Below are positions 23,946-37,410 of a stretch of DNA of 64,000 bases, piece by piece. The notes under the pieces were generated by a model. It saw only the letters and a list, made by a program, of their open reading frames with translations. It had not been told where the DNA came from and did not search any database. A program made the position numbers and the translations under genes. This DNA comes from Pelomyxa schiedti (Eukaryota; Protista; Evosea): NCBI GenBank assembly GCA_020536535.1, contig JAHLWZ010000795.1:62001-126000 (forward strand). The letters run 5' to 3'. Within the stretch, counting starts at the first letter, position 1. The number at the start of each line of letters is the position of its first letter.

Positions 23946-26336
23946 CTATTCCCTAGCCTCATTCTTGTGTTCTAACTCCTGATAGGAAACTTTTCCCAGT
24001 GCCCACTTGTAAAAACCTCTGTTTCAGCCAACCTAATACTTCATTTATTAACTTTGCCTTTGTTACTCTTTGGCAAGATGATGATTACAATGGTGAGTGT
24101 GATGATTTGGGAAATGTACAGCCTGTGTGTTGTTGCGAATGCCATTCGCACGAGACACTGGTGTTCTGGTCTCAGCCAGAGGTTGTTGTGGTTGTGGTTG
24201 TTGTGCCCATGGTATCTGATGGAGGTGGAAGAGTGGCTATGTGGAATTGTGTCATTTCCACATTGCCCGCGGGTGCAATGGAATGGGATGATATTTCCAT
24301 TGTGGGATCACCCCATTGCCGGTAGTATAAGTTTACCGGTCTGAGCCGGAATGTGAACCTGAAAATTGGTTAGCTAGTTTGATGTGGTTTTTATTATGTT
24401 TGTTTTCGAGAAGGGTGGAAAAAGTAATGGTTGTGGGAGACGTTACTAACAAGATAATCGCAAAAATGATAAGCAGAATCAGTTCCTGGAGGAAAACTAT
24501 TATCCATGAATACATTGTGAAGGTGATAAATGCTCCGAAGGCAATTATCTTAACAAGCAGTTAGATGAATGCAAGTTTAGTTGGTTCCCACCATAACAGA
24601 ACATAGTACATAGGCCAGCAGCAGGACTCGGAACCTTCTACTTGCCTCTTAATGGTAGGTAAATTTCGAGAAAAAAAAACCTGAACATGTCTCGCATGAT
24701 TTTGTGCTTATTTGAGTGTGTCTCGCCCGATTCTTGGTGACTTATGCTATCTTGCTCTGTTTGTGCAGTTAAATGACATAGTTACGCCCACAGTGTTAAG
24801 TTACCAAATATATTATAGTTGGTTTCCCTGAAAACAATGAAAAAGCTAATTCCCCAGATAGCAAAAGTCAGTAGCTATGTACTTGTCAAGGCTATTAGAG
24901 TGGATAAAGCTTACACTAAACCAACCAGCAAAAAAGTATCGCAGAAACCCAAAACAAAGCATTCCAAATACCAAACCTGCGAAAGAAAACGTTTAAAAAG
25001 GTGTTGTAACTTCAAACAAACCTGCTAATGCATAACGAAACCGGCCGAGCACGTCATGTGTTATCCCCCACCCTTTTGCCAACAAGAGCATTATCCCAAT
25101 AAAAATAGCATCAACAAAAGGGAGGCACAGGGCATAGGGAAGTAGTAAGGCTAGTGTAGCCTCCCCTGGTTAAAAGTTTGAACATATTATGAAATAAAGC
25201 CTCTACCTGTTGCTGAAAGACGCCATAAAACAGCAATAGAAAAGGTACTGATTAAGATTTTTATCCCTGGAAAGGATGTAATCACTCGGTGCAATTTGGA
25301 TTTTTGCTGTGAGGATTATGAGAAAGATCCACCAAAGGAGTAAACGAAAATAACGGAAAGGCATGGGTGATTTACTTGCGCAAGGAAAGCTTATTAATTT
25401 AACTGTAACTTATTTCAGTATTGTCTCAATAACGTTGGCGTATAGTGATAGTGCATGCCGTGCAAAACGAAAACGGGCAGAAACATGTCGGAATTTGATC
25501 CAATTTAGGATCCATAAAAATGCCATGAGAGACCACACTATAACAAATGCGATGTGCATCCATTTCAGAGGGATCTCAGAAGCATCAAGTTGATCTCCTC
25601 CAGGATTTGTGAGATTCCCATAGTACTGAGTATGTGTAAAAAATAACATAGAGTCATACTGAATGAGTACAGTGAAAGAAATTGGAAGCAATTCACAAGA
25701 TTTGGCGCAAATATCCCAGACAAGAGAACGAGGCACCTCATCTAATGAAATAAGTTGAGGTGCTGTGCAACGGGAAGTAACTTACATTTTATATGAGTGT
25801 ATTCTCCCTCAATTGGAAACTCCGCGGTGCAGTTAAATCCCCATTCACCCTCCCTAGTGCAAACAGTACCTCCTTTTAAGGTCTCCCTTCTTGTGCACAC
25901 TCCAAAGGAAATCTTCATAGGTCGAGGGAATTCCCCAAGCTGTTCCACAAAGTCAAATCCCCAAAGCACATAAAATGCAAGGGACCGGGCTCTTTTCTTC
26001 CACCCTCACACACATTCCATAGACACATATTACAAATAGCGTAGAGAAAGAGAAGCCGCCACAGGCATTCCAACCCACACCCACTAGTACCTGCTGAGTG
26101 ACAACGAGGTCCACGACGCCCCCCTTGTACATAGCAAACTGCTCCAGCCTGTACCACGAAGGCCCGTCCATACTAACCACCGTTGGGTCCACAATCAACC
26201 CGCTCACTCCGCCCATAATCACCATCACCAATGCCACCGACACAACCGTTGGGAGCAGCAGGACCCGCCCTGCCGTTGGCGTCCCTACGCAGCAGCAGCT
26301 GCTGTGCGACGATGGCAGTTGTGTGCTTAATTGCAT
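23946..26336 (-). CDS. GOST / lung seven-transmembrane receptor family (GPR107/GPR108/TMEM87-like)
   Basis: Signal-like N-terminus and a lumenal domain, then NPGGDQLDASEIPLKWMHIAFVIVWSLMAFLWILNW (the NP..G.L.A.EIP motif before TM1), followed by further hydrophobic exons down to about 23950. Confidence 0.75.
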
Positions 26337-26765
26337 GCGCTTGGTTGGGTTTTGTGTTGTTGTTAACAACAAGTCGTTTTTCGGTAATCTGCTTTCGTTG
26401 CGTGGATTTTTGGTCTTTCCGCGAACACCATTCCATACCGTTTTGGTGTGCCTCACTTTACTTGATCCACAACAGTGGAGTAGCTTTTATGTGCAAAACG
26501 CAAGTGGAGGTGAATTGATAACAATCCAATAGGTGACATGACATTGGGGCATGGCTGTTGCTTATTCATAGCGGAGCTTCTCAAACAGAATAGACATTGA
26601 GACACAAACCAAAGTTATCTACTGTAGCTGATAAGGCACATTACCCCGGAAAAGCTCTGTCTGGGTTTTAAGTGTTATAATTTTTCATACGGGTGTCCCT
26701 TGATGCTGTACTTACAGTGTGAGTAGGAACTGTTGCTGGAGAGGGAGTGCAATGCTGGGTGGTGC

Positions 26766-28302
26766 TTAGTGGGTGTGTGTACGCGTTGTTGCGGTGCTGT
26801 GGTGGCGGCTGAAGGGGGACTCATCCCTGTCATCACTGTGGTGGTGCCGGTGATAGTGACTGCGGTGGTGGTGGGAATGGTCATGAGTGCTCTCTGATAC
26901 GACTTGATCGCGGAAACACTGAGATACGGCGTTGATCAGTGAATATGGAGGTATAGAGATTACCTTGGATTGCTCTAATGTTTCCAATGTAACAACACCT
27001 ATTCGACGACACATTTGGTGCACTGGGAGGTGATTTGGTTCATCCACAAGTGGGCATTCCATCTCAATAGCTATTTCATCTATTCCAAGAAGGGCATATG
27101 TGATGAAGAGTGCCGCAACCGGAGATACCTATAATAATAGTATTTCGGTGGTAAGTACCGTCTTTCGTGTGGTTGCTACACACATATTCCATGGTATCAA
27201 GAAGTGCAAAGGGAAGCGTGAAGCAATAGAGATGGAGGAACATTTTGATGTGGTGGGCATAGGCAAATGGCGTTGGTGTATCTCTGATTCTCTGAAGGCC
27301 ACCCCACGCGTCGACCATTGCACCCACAGTGTCAAGCAGGAAAATCAAAGCATATCTTGAAACGTTGATTTTTAGCTGAAAAGGTGAGAAACGCACTCTG
27401 AGATGTAGCCCTCTGTGTGTGCTTGACTCAAAGTATGTTCAATCCACAAGGCAACCATTTGTGGGATGGTCTGCAAGTTGTTAGTTGATCAATGAATAGG
27501 GGTTGTCTTAGTACTTTCAATCCTTCTTGTGATAGCAAGAAATCAGCCTCCATCGGCGCGAAGTCATGTAAGTGTACAAAGTGCTCCAATTGTTGTATGT
27601 TATTCTTAATGGATACAACAAAAATGGATAAAAGACGCTGTATCTTTTCCTAGAAGGTATGTTTCAATGTGCAAAAATCAGTTAAATCCAGTACCTTCAA
27701 CTCTCGTGGCCGACCCTCTTCCCCAGGTATTAATGTGCACACATTAAGCATGAGGTTTCTGGACTACATATTGATTCTTGGACCCCACAGTTTCAGTAAT
27801 ATCGAAATTAGACACATACTTTGTTTGCAAGAGTGCCTAATAGTATCCTGCCCTCACGCCATCGCTCATAGCACGAATTCGTGCGGAATACGAGGAACAT
27901 TCCCATTGCAATACCGATGAACGTGTGACCAGTTCCACCTATTCCCAGATCCACTACACCAAACTCCTTCAATAACACCAACAGCACACTCAACAAAGCA
28001 ACCAACAGAGTCCGCAACCTTGGAAGGGGGGTTACGAAGAGATGGAATAAAACTACCAACCAGCAGTCTCTTATAACAGTACCCTTGATCCTCAGGAAGA
28101 TCTTGAAGTTTGTCGGGTCATACGAGATCGGTTTGAAGTCCTTCTCCGGTGCCTTGGCAAAAGCGGTCCTACGCAACGACGACGTGTTGGCATTTAAAAT
28201 AAACCAAGTGCAGGGGAGTACGGAAAAGTCGACGGTGAACCCCCAACGTGTGTCATGTGCAATCTGGCGAACACGATTTCCGGGAAGAGACCAGTACGTC
28301 AA
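26766..28302 (-). CDS. Bacterial-type bestrophin (UPF0187/Bestrophin-2) anion channel with His-rich tail
   Basis: FLVFRTNSCYERWREGRILLG, RIRDTPTPFAYAHHIK..YCFTLPF and LLGIDEIAIEMECP are the family signature motifs. The start codon is uncertain. Confidence 0.85.
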
Positions 28303-28453
28303 GATTTAGGCCCAGGAGGACTCTACCGCTTTTTGAAAGAAACCACTGGATTGTCAGTGAAACACCTTGTGCCACTCAATTGATGAGGAACAAAAGTACT
28401 TAAGTTCTCAGTTGCCCAGAAAGGCGTCACAGTTTTTTTTTTTTTTGGTGGGC

Positions 28454-30179
28454 TCAGCCATCATTGTGGAGCATTAAGTTGCCTACATCGGATCCAGGTG
28501 GTGCCTCAAGGAACTTTCTCATCTTTTCCTGTTCCTCCTTTGTCATTTTTTCATAGGCTGCGTAGGGGTCCGGGTAGTCCTCAGGGTCAAACCACCCTCC
28601 TCTTTCTTTGGCCTCCTTCATCCTCTGTCGTTCTGCCTTCTTTTCCACTTTTTTCAAGTGCTTTTCGTACATGGCCTTTTCTAGTGCCGCGTTAGATTCC
28701 CATTTCTTCCCCCACTCCTCAGCTTCAGAGATGTCATCAGTGATGAGGATGTTATCAAATATTGAACCAGCTTCATCCTTATGTTTTTATCCTCATTAGT
28801 GTTGGAAATGAGAATAGTGCTTCAACCTGCCAGATATCCACTGCAACATAGCCAATATCGTACACATACAAATTGGGGTCCTCCCAAAATGCTGGATTTG
28901 GGATAGTTGGTCTAATCCAAGGGCCTTTATACTCCGGGTTCATAATCAACCTGAAAAGTGGTCGAATTATTGAGTGGATGTTTGGCAATGAGAAGTATAC
29001 CTCGGCGTCCATTCTGGCTGGTAATTTCCGTTTGGAATCATCGGTTGTACCCAGGCACCATGTATTTCATCCTCCCATTCTTCCGGCTTTACAACCATGG
29101 GATCTGGTATCTAAATATGATTACTTTGAAAAAAGGTAGTTAAGTTGTACAAATTCGGGTGATTCCCAGTCATCAGGCTTCTTGTCATTAACATCTACAA
29201 TAAGGGGTTCAGTTACCCAGTCCTTACAAAGTTGAAGTTTGATTTAGTGACAAATAAAATTACTAGCATTAGCATTTTGTAGGTGGTCATTATAAGGCTT
29301 GATTTTTGCATACAATGGGTCTCCTCACTGATAGGTCAAGAATAGTCCTTGGAGCCGACATATCATAATCATCAATCAAAGAACCGGTTTCGTTCTCTTT
29401 ATTGTCTATTCTCAACTCCCAGGTATTGCCAGGGCGTAATACAAGTGTATAGAGATGTGACAAGTGGTCAAGTTGTGCACACACAATGTCCCGTTTGTTA
29501 TTGTAGTGCGTGGAATTACGTGTAAGGATGACGTGGGTTTTATGCTTGTCCTCACCACAAGAGTCAGGCCCAAACATGATGCTTTTACATGCGTTAGAGT
29601 ATGTTAAATGAAGCCCATATACCTGTACTCAGTGGAAGGTGACAATAAGGTTTGATCTTTCATCGAAGAATGGGGCAACAACTTGATATAACCTCCTCCA
29701 CATGTGAGTTCTTGTTCGTGCTTGACTTCGTATTGTATAATAAGAGGTTTGTCTTGGTTTCGAAACGGTTCTGAAAGCGCAGCTGAAATGAGGTAGAATC
29801 TTGAATTTTCAGTAGTTTTAAGTCCTGATAAAAAAAAATGATAAGGGCACATTGCTTGTCACACGAAAACACTTTCCCAATACCTGATGCTTCTTCTTTG
29901 CTGGCGTACCACTTTCCATGGGCTCTTTTGAATTCACCCCTTGGACTTTGGTCTTCTTGTGTGCTAGGACTTGCCGGAATCCACCTGGATTTCCAGGATG
30001 CTATTGTCCACGTTAAGGTGGGGCAATTTTGAGAATAAGAACAACGCCGTGGCGACGACGACGGGCACTGCAGTTACGCACAATCGCTGAAAGTCTCGAG
30101 GAAGTAGATCTTGCAATGAGATCTCGCAACGAACAACGCCGCCACCAAAACAAATACGACACTGCACCACCGGCCACAC
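28454..30179 (-). CDS. CALR: Calreticulin-family lectin chaperone
   Basis: SWKSRWI, PLIIQYEVKHEQELTCGGGYIKLL, MFGPDSCG, HLYTLVLRP, P-domain repeats (KPDDWES, KPEEWEDE, YKGPWIRPTIPNP), DIWQV and GSIFDNILITDD. The 5' end is approximate. Confidence 0.9.
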
Positions 30180-30286
30180 GCCATCTCACAGTTAAACCGT
30201 TTAAAAAATGGTTATGAGAAAAGAACGAAATTTTTTCGTTGCCTTCTTACGCTGACCACGTGGTGCCAGTGCTCCCCCCAATTCAA

Positions 30287-31627
30287 TTAAAAAAATTTCT
30301 TGCACATAGCATTGAGCCTCTCGACGAAGAACAGGGTCATCACAGTGTGGGGAGCTTGCCTCGCAGAGTAGGCAGACATTCCACGCCAAAAGGCCTTGCT
30401 GCCACCTTCTGAAAGTAGCTTATGGGTGCACTCTGTCATGCGCGGCGGGTGGGTGCCTCGTGGTGGTGAGGCTTGCATCCTGGTCTTGATTGTATCTGAG
30501 GTGCCAATTGATTAATTAATTGGTTATATTTGGATGGGTGGGGGAGTGGGATGTATGGGTTGAGAGTTTGGGGTTCTTGTGTTTGTTGGGTTGTTTGTGT
30601 GTTTTTGTGCGATATTGCTGTGTTTACTATCTGGAATAGGCTTACCAAATGGAAGGGTAATGGCAGAGCAAACAAGAGCGGAAACGAAACTAGATGCGAT
30701 TTGAATAGCCATGGGTTCCCGGCGAGGGGATTTTAGCAAGGTAGACAGTGATTTTTTGACTTGCGCGTATACAACAACCTTGTGCAGTGGTAAGTGAGAA
30801 GGGAGTTGTTTTTTTGTGAGAAACTTGAGAAGTTTGTAAAGCTATGGCCCGCGCTGTGGTTGGGATTGCACCAGTGAACAACTTGACTGCGCCTTCCTGC
30901 CGAACAATTTTGCAAAGGGTAGGCATCAAGCCCTGGTAATTATTCCTTTGGTCTGCAGGTAACCTGAGATTATTTGTTGGGTTAAAGTTAGGGGCAAATG
31001 GCCAACCTGGCATCACTGGATATCCTAACCACTGCCAAATCAATTGGCGTGCTGATTAATCCTGCAATTCCTCCAGCTAACCGTAAATTAACTCAGACAA
31101 GATGTTTGTTGGATGGGAGCACATACACAGAGCTGCAGCACTTATCCTGTATTTCAGAGAAAGTGCACTCTCTGTGACACCAGCATGCGCGGCAAAACTG
31201 CGTGCAATCACATTATACATTCCCAAGCGAGTAGTGCCAAATACAAGTTGCCTCACCACCGCAGCTCCAGCCCTACAACCACATTAGCTGACCCCAAAAG
31301 GAAAGGGGAATAAAGAAAGAAGAAAGAAGAAAGAAAAAAAAAAAAAAGAAACCCTTTGTATAGGGCACTGACTCCTCTCGTCCTCACCAAATCATTCATA
31401 CATGACACCATCGTCACACCCCTTTTGCATTGTTTCCCATCGCACTCGGCTGGCTGTGTCCCATGATTGCGTGTTTGTTGGTTCGGCGGTTGTTGGCTGT
31501 GACCCTGCTGCCGCCTGGACAGTTGCATCATCACCTTCACAACGTCGAAGGGGTGCACGAGGAACGCCGACATGGACGCTGCAACGCCCCCCACGACAAA
31601 AGGCACAACTGCCGACCGGGAACTCAT
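30287..31627 (-). CDS. Mitochondrial carrier (SLC25), 2-oxoglutarate/malate or di/tricarboxylate carrier-like
   Basis: Three carrier signature motifs (HPFDVVK, TPIDLAVVR, LPFDTIKTR), plus RQLVFGTTRLGMY, LPADQRNNYQG..EGAVKLFTGAIPTTARA and FWRGMSAYSARQAPHTV, typical of OGC/DIC/DTC carriers. Confidence 0.88.
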
Positions 31628-31743
31628 GTCTGTTGAGCAGTTTTTTGTGGAAAAGAACGAGTGATTCGTTGCACCCGAGAAACTCTCGTTTTTGCAGACT
31701 TGGGCACTGATGATAGGGGCTTGGCTGAAAAGCACATGGGGAG

Positions 31744-34700
31744 ATGATGAGTCTACTCCCACCTACCTTTGCCTGGGTGTGCGCTTGTTTCTGTGCTTGC
31801 AGTGGCCAAACATTTGGAGAAGGAGGTTCGGAAGAAAGCACCAAGTTAGTGCATTGTCTGGTTGATAGAAAATTTTTCAAAAGACGCGTCTGTGATAGTG
31901 CCAGGCCTTGGGACGAGTTGTCATACGAAATGGGTACATTTCATGTGCGATATTAATATTATGGATTAAAAAGAACCGAGTTGATGCTTCTGCAGACAAC
32001 ATAGAACAAATAGTGCACGAGGGCGGCATCCCCCAACTTCTCACTACAATGAGATCTCACCCAAAAGATCTGGGTGTGCAACGGAACGCTTGTGGGGCGT
32101 TATGGAGACTTGCAACAAACAATACTGGTATGTTCAATATTCGTTTTTGAGTTTAAATGCCCTTCACTTTTGTTTAAAAAAAAAAAAGAAAATGCTGTGC
32201 AGATAAATGCTGGGGGGGGTGTGGAATGCATTCTGCTAGCTATGCGGTCGTACTTGCACGAACCACTCTTGCAACAAGTGGCCTGCAGTACTCTATCTTG
32301 CATGTCATCCGATGAAGGTATGATTTGCGCACACTAGTTAATGTTTTGTTGCCCAAAATTTAGGAGTTCGTCGATCAATTGGAGAGAAGGGAGCTATTGG
32401 CATAATCTTTTCATCGATGAAACAACATCCCAAAAATCAAGATGTCATCCGGACAGCATTTTGGGCATTGGCAAACCTTTCTTTGACAAGGGGTAAAAAA
32501 AAAAAGAAATTAAATCTGGCAGATTCTTAACCTTCAACAGAAAATCGATCTAAAGTTGTTCTTCAAGAAAATGGTATATCATATTTGTTATCAGTAATGG
32601 GGAACTGCCTGGAAAATGAAAGTGTACAAATGAATGCAGCTGCTACTCTCAGAAATCTTTCAATAGACCCAGGTATCATCGCCATCCAACTTACGTACCT
32701 TTAAAACCGCAAAAAAAAACCATTCAGAGGTAGCAGTACTCATTTCCCAGAAAGGCGGCTCATCCAATATTATCTCCTCAATGACAAGTCATCCCAAAAA
32801 CTCCGATTTACAAGAAGAACTGTGCCATGCCCTACGAAACCTGACAACGAAAAATACTGGTGAGTTACAACAGTTTGCTCCACCGCAAACACTTAAACTT
32901 TGTTTTAGAAATCCAAGCCCAAGTAGCTGCGCAAAAAGGCATTACATTAGTACTGGCGTCAATGAAAGAACACATAAAAATACCGGCTTTGCAACTTTAT
33001 GCTTGTGGAATTTTAAATAACATGATTGGCCATCCCCAGCTCCGGTTGGACATTATGCACCAAAATGGACTGGGCCTAATTATGACAGCAATGGAGCAGC
33101 ATCTCCCGAGAGATGATGTGCAACAACAATGCTGCTTTACGCTTTGGGGACTTCTCTCACAATCAGGTAACAAAATACCAGTTTGGTGGGAACTAGGTTT
33201 TCAAGATCTTTCTTAGGTTTTAACCTTTCTTTTTACAGAGGAAGCAAGGGCCAAAATTTCAATGGAGGGAATTGCACTGATAATCTCAGTGATGCGAACA
33301 CATCTTGCTGTTGCAGATATTCAACTAGCCGCATTAGGTATTTTAAAGTGCCTTGCTTCACTCAATGAAGGTGAGAGTCCTTTTCTTCTTTGTGAGTCTC
33401 TTATCTTTGCTAAGAAACAAGGTTAACAATTTCTCAGCATGGGGGTTTATCCAGTATCTGCCAAGCAATTAGGCGCCACGTTAAGAGTGTGGAGTTGTTA
33501 CTCCAGGGTCTAATTTGCTTTTCAATATTATCTTGTGACAGTAATTTATTCTCTTGGCCCCATCTAAGCTAAACTCTAATAAGGTACTATAACTCAAATA
33601 ATTGGAGAATCATGCATTGAGGTCACATTGGCGATAATGAGGGCCCATACACAGGACGCTGAAATTCAAGAAGTTTCTTGTCAAACTTTAAGATGTTTTG
33701 CAATTTGTAATGGCGAGTTCCCTCACACCACGCAATCAATTCAGATCTAATTCATTCGTTCCATGCAGAGGCTGCTGAAAGAATTGGCGATGAAGGCATC
33801 TGTTGCGTGCTTTCTGCTATGAGGTGCTTCCCCCAAAATCCTGATACTCAAACGCAAGCATTACAGGCATTATGTAATTTGGCTTCATTGAAAGGTAGGA
33901 TTGGAGTGCGTTGAATTATCATTCAAGGAATTGTAGGAAACCAGGCCAGAATTGCACATGACGGTGGAATTGACTTAGTTATATCAGCAATGAAAGCGTT
34001 TCCTGAAAATGCTTCTATTCAGGAATCAGCTTGCTGGGTATTGAAAACTCTTTCCCTAAAAGGTATTATTTACTAGGACAGAATTCCCATCATTAACCAA
34101 ATGACTCTCAGAAAACCAGGTGCAAATCGCTAATGAAGGTGGGGTGGCATGCATCCTTTTGGCAATGAAATCACACCAACAAATTGTCAAGGTTCAGAAG
34201 CAAGCTTGTTGGGCCTTGTGCAATATAGCATGCTATCTCGGTGAGCAGTTGGCTAGTATAAATTTCACTTCCAACTGAGTTCAGGTAACCATGAGCTCAT
34301 CATTCAAGAAAATGGTCTGGCGGTACTTCTGACATCCATGAAATCACATCTGCAGGAAGCGAGTGTTCTAGGACCTGGATGTATGGCCCTGTTGCGATTG
34401 TTACACACGACTGGTTAGGATTTTGTGTTCTGCACTTTGTGATTTCTCAAGTTAAATCTAGATGCTAGAGTCAAAGTTGTCACTGAAGGAGCTGTTCCAT
34501 TTCTTCTTGCAGTAGTAAAAAACTCGAGTCTTCCTTCAGAGTTACTCCTTTCAGTTTGCCAGATTTTGCACGCTCTGGCCAGTGTAGAAGGTTTTTTATC
34601 CTTTTTTCTTTGTCTGCCTGGCAAATTCACTTGTGTGTGGCCACAGAAAATATAGAGAAAATTGTGCAGGATGGGGCTATTGCGTGCATGCTATCACTGT

Positions 34701-37147
34701 TAAGTATCCAATCATGTAACAAGGAGCTCCAACTTGAAGTGTACTGGATTTTGGATTATATTTCACGATCAGATGGTATGTGTAGAAAAAGAATGTTACT
34801 CTCAGTTGCCTTATATCTGCAGAGAATCAATTGAAAATCTCTGAAGAAGGTGGAATTGAAGCCCTTACAGCCACGATGAAATCTTTTATTGATGACGCAA
34901 GCATTCAAGAGAAATGCTGCAATGTGCTCTGGAGTCTTGCGTCCCACCCCGAAGTAAGAATTAAAATTGGTCAATGTGGAGCCATCTCCTGTATTATAAA
35001 AGCCATGAGATTACATCAGAATAATCCCGAAGTACAAAAAGCTGCATGTGTGGCTCTGCAAACTCTTGCACGTGACTCTGGTATAATATTTTGAGAGATT
35101 ACTTGTCACTCATACAAGAATTTAGGCAACCAAATACTAATTGAAAAGGAAGGTGGTTCTGGTATCTTGTCTAAAGTGGATTTAACACAACCAGAAGAGC
35201 CGTTAACAAACAGCTCTACTGAACAAGGTTTCTTGGTTTCCTTGTGTATTATTATTCCTTACAAGTGGGCAGAAGAACCAACTCCAGTTAGGGAACTTTT
35301 CCCTCCAAACCAACAACAATTTACCAGAGAGGACCTAGAAAAAGTTCGTATGAATGCTGAAAAATACACTAGAAAAGAAGCTGAAATTGAAATTGCTCGA
35401 GTGCGAAAAGAGACAGCAATAAGAATCTCCCAAATAAAAAAGGAAGCAAATGCTCAGCTGGCACAAGCCATAGAAGAGGCACAAAAAAAAATCGGGGATA
35501 GCGCCAATTCTCAAATTGAGAAAATTCGACAACAATTTATGGAACAGAGACAACGCATTCAGGATAGTGCAAACCAGGCGATTGCAGAGGCGCAACAAAA
35601 TGCAGAAGCAATAATAGAGAGAAATCGTCAACTAGCTCAAGAACAACTCAATATTGCTACTTCCCACGGGAATGAGGAGTTAGATCGCCTTCAGACCGCC
35701 TATCGACAAGAGGCAACAAAAAACCAGCTTTTACAAGTATGAACTCGCTTCCCAACATTCATTGAATGCATCTTTCCAGATTTCCATTGCCGTTACAAAA
35801 CTGGGTACTTTTGATTATGGCTATCTTGTGATAGCTGAAACAGCTGACTTTCCCATAAAGCAGGTTGAATGCCAACAATTCACTTCCAAAAAATAAACTT
35901 AAACTTTCTTTGAAATGGACAGGTTATTGGAAGTGGTACTTGTGGCAGTGTAGCAAAAGCTTTTCCTGCTCCGCACCTCACACGTGTATCACATCATGCT
36001 AAGACTTATGGAGTAGCACTTAAGATGCTCTATCACTATCAAATTCAGCCTGGCACAAATCTGGGCGGCACTCGTTCTATGCGTCCTAAGTTTGAATGTG
36101 AGTACTCAGCCCTTATGCAAAACCGCCATTGGGGGGTAGCCAATGTCCTGAATTATTGGCGTGACTGGACACTGGTGTGCTTCCTCGCCCAATACCAGTC
36201 TTCTTTTTATAACAATACCGCAGCCTGAGCTCTTTGGACCAGGACATGAGGCAATTGCTCTAGTGGACAGCACCACAGGGAAGCATCTCTCCGGGAAAGG
36301 GAAAATTGAAGTTTACAATAGGACAACTTATGTGCTGCAGGAGCTTGGCTCTTCCACTTTGCGTGCTAGCATGCAAAGCAACCGGGCACAGTTCACACCA
36401 CAATTCGTACTGGCAGCGGCGTTCCAGCTGCTTGCTACAGTGAACTACTTGAACTCAAGAGGCTGCTACCACATGGACATAAAGGATGACAACATACTCT
36501 TCCTGGAACGGGATGGCTTTGAAGGCTCCTTCCTGGTTCTATGCGACTTCGGTGTTGCCGTTTTGTCAGACACCGGCATTCTGTCACTCTCCCCAGGCGA
36601 AGCTCACCCCGGCAACATAGTCAACCGAGCACCGGAAGTTCTACATCCGGAACCCACTCCAGACGGGCAGCACAATCGGTTTGACCTGAGGAAGAATGAC
36701 CCGTGGGCAATTGGGTGTGTCATTTGGCAGATCGTAAATGGCTCCCCTCTATTCCTCGACTCCAATGAGATCCTTGTAAAGCCCGTAATTGTGCCGGAGC
36801 GCATTGCACAGCATCCAGTTGGAAAACTCCTCTCTGGGCTTCTGCAGAAGAAACCGGCCAATAGGCCCAGTGCGTTTTTGAGCTCAATGTACGCCGGCTA
36901 CCACGCATTCATCAAAAGGTCCCCAGCACAACCCACTGAGAGCTCGCTGAGCCAGGTTCTGGAATTAGCCAGAACAGAGGCACTAGGCCAACTGGATGGA
37001 CTCCAGGGTGCAACACAACAAGGAGGCGCCACTGTGCCAATTTCAAGGCAAAGTATCCCAGCAGAACTTTTCCTCAGGTTGGCCTTTTTGGAACAAGCCA
37101 CACCAGCCCTGATACTAGAGGCCCTGAATTGCTTCTCTCGTTTCTGA
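31744..37147 (+). CDS. Armadillo-repeat + coiled-coil + PINK1-like Ser/Thr kinase, many exons
   Basis: More than ten ARM repeats (GGIPQLLTTMRSHPKDLGVQRNACGALWRLA, GGIEALTATMKSF..QEKCCNVLWSL), a coiled coil at 35300-35740, and kinase motifs VALK, HMDIKDDNIL, LCDFG, NRAPE, NDPWAIG. The start is uncertain. Confidence 0.85.
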
Positions 37148-37410
37148 GACCTGCAATGGGCGTCCTGTTGTAAACCTGTCAAAACACAGCATGGATGTGC
37201 CCCAGCAACCAAGCAACACTACCACCGTACTAGGCTCTTGTCCAACCTGTACAAAAACTTAAAAACACCAATCGCCTTCTCCTCTTGAGTTGCGGTTTTT
37301 GATTGGGAAAAAAAATCGTGGTGTTGATGGCGTTTCAGCGGCGAACCGCCACCTACCTGGAGGGGCAAACCCAAACAGAAAAACTTGTTTTGTTTCCTAA
37401 AAACACACGA

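Noticed and set aside
23999-24344. Plus-strand Cys/Val-rich ORFs
   Set aside because: They overlap the last exons of the minus-strand GOST gene and are best explained as antisense.
31930-37147. Calling the kinase PINK1
   Set aside because: The kinase resembles the PINK1 type, but the ARM/coiled-coil N-terminus and the lack of a presequence or TM segment do not fit a PINK1 ortholog.
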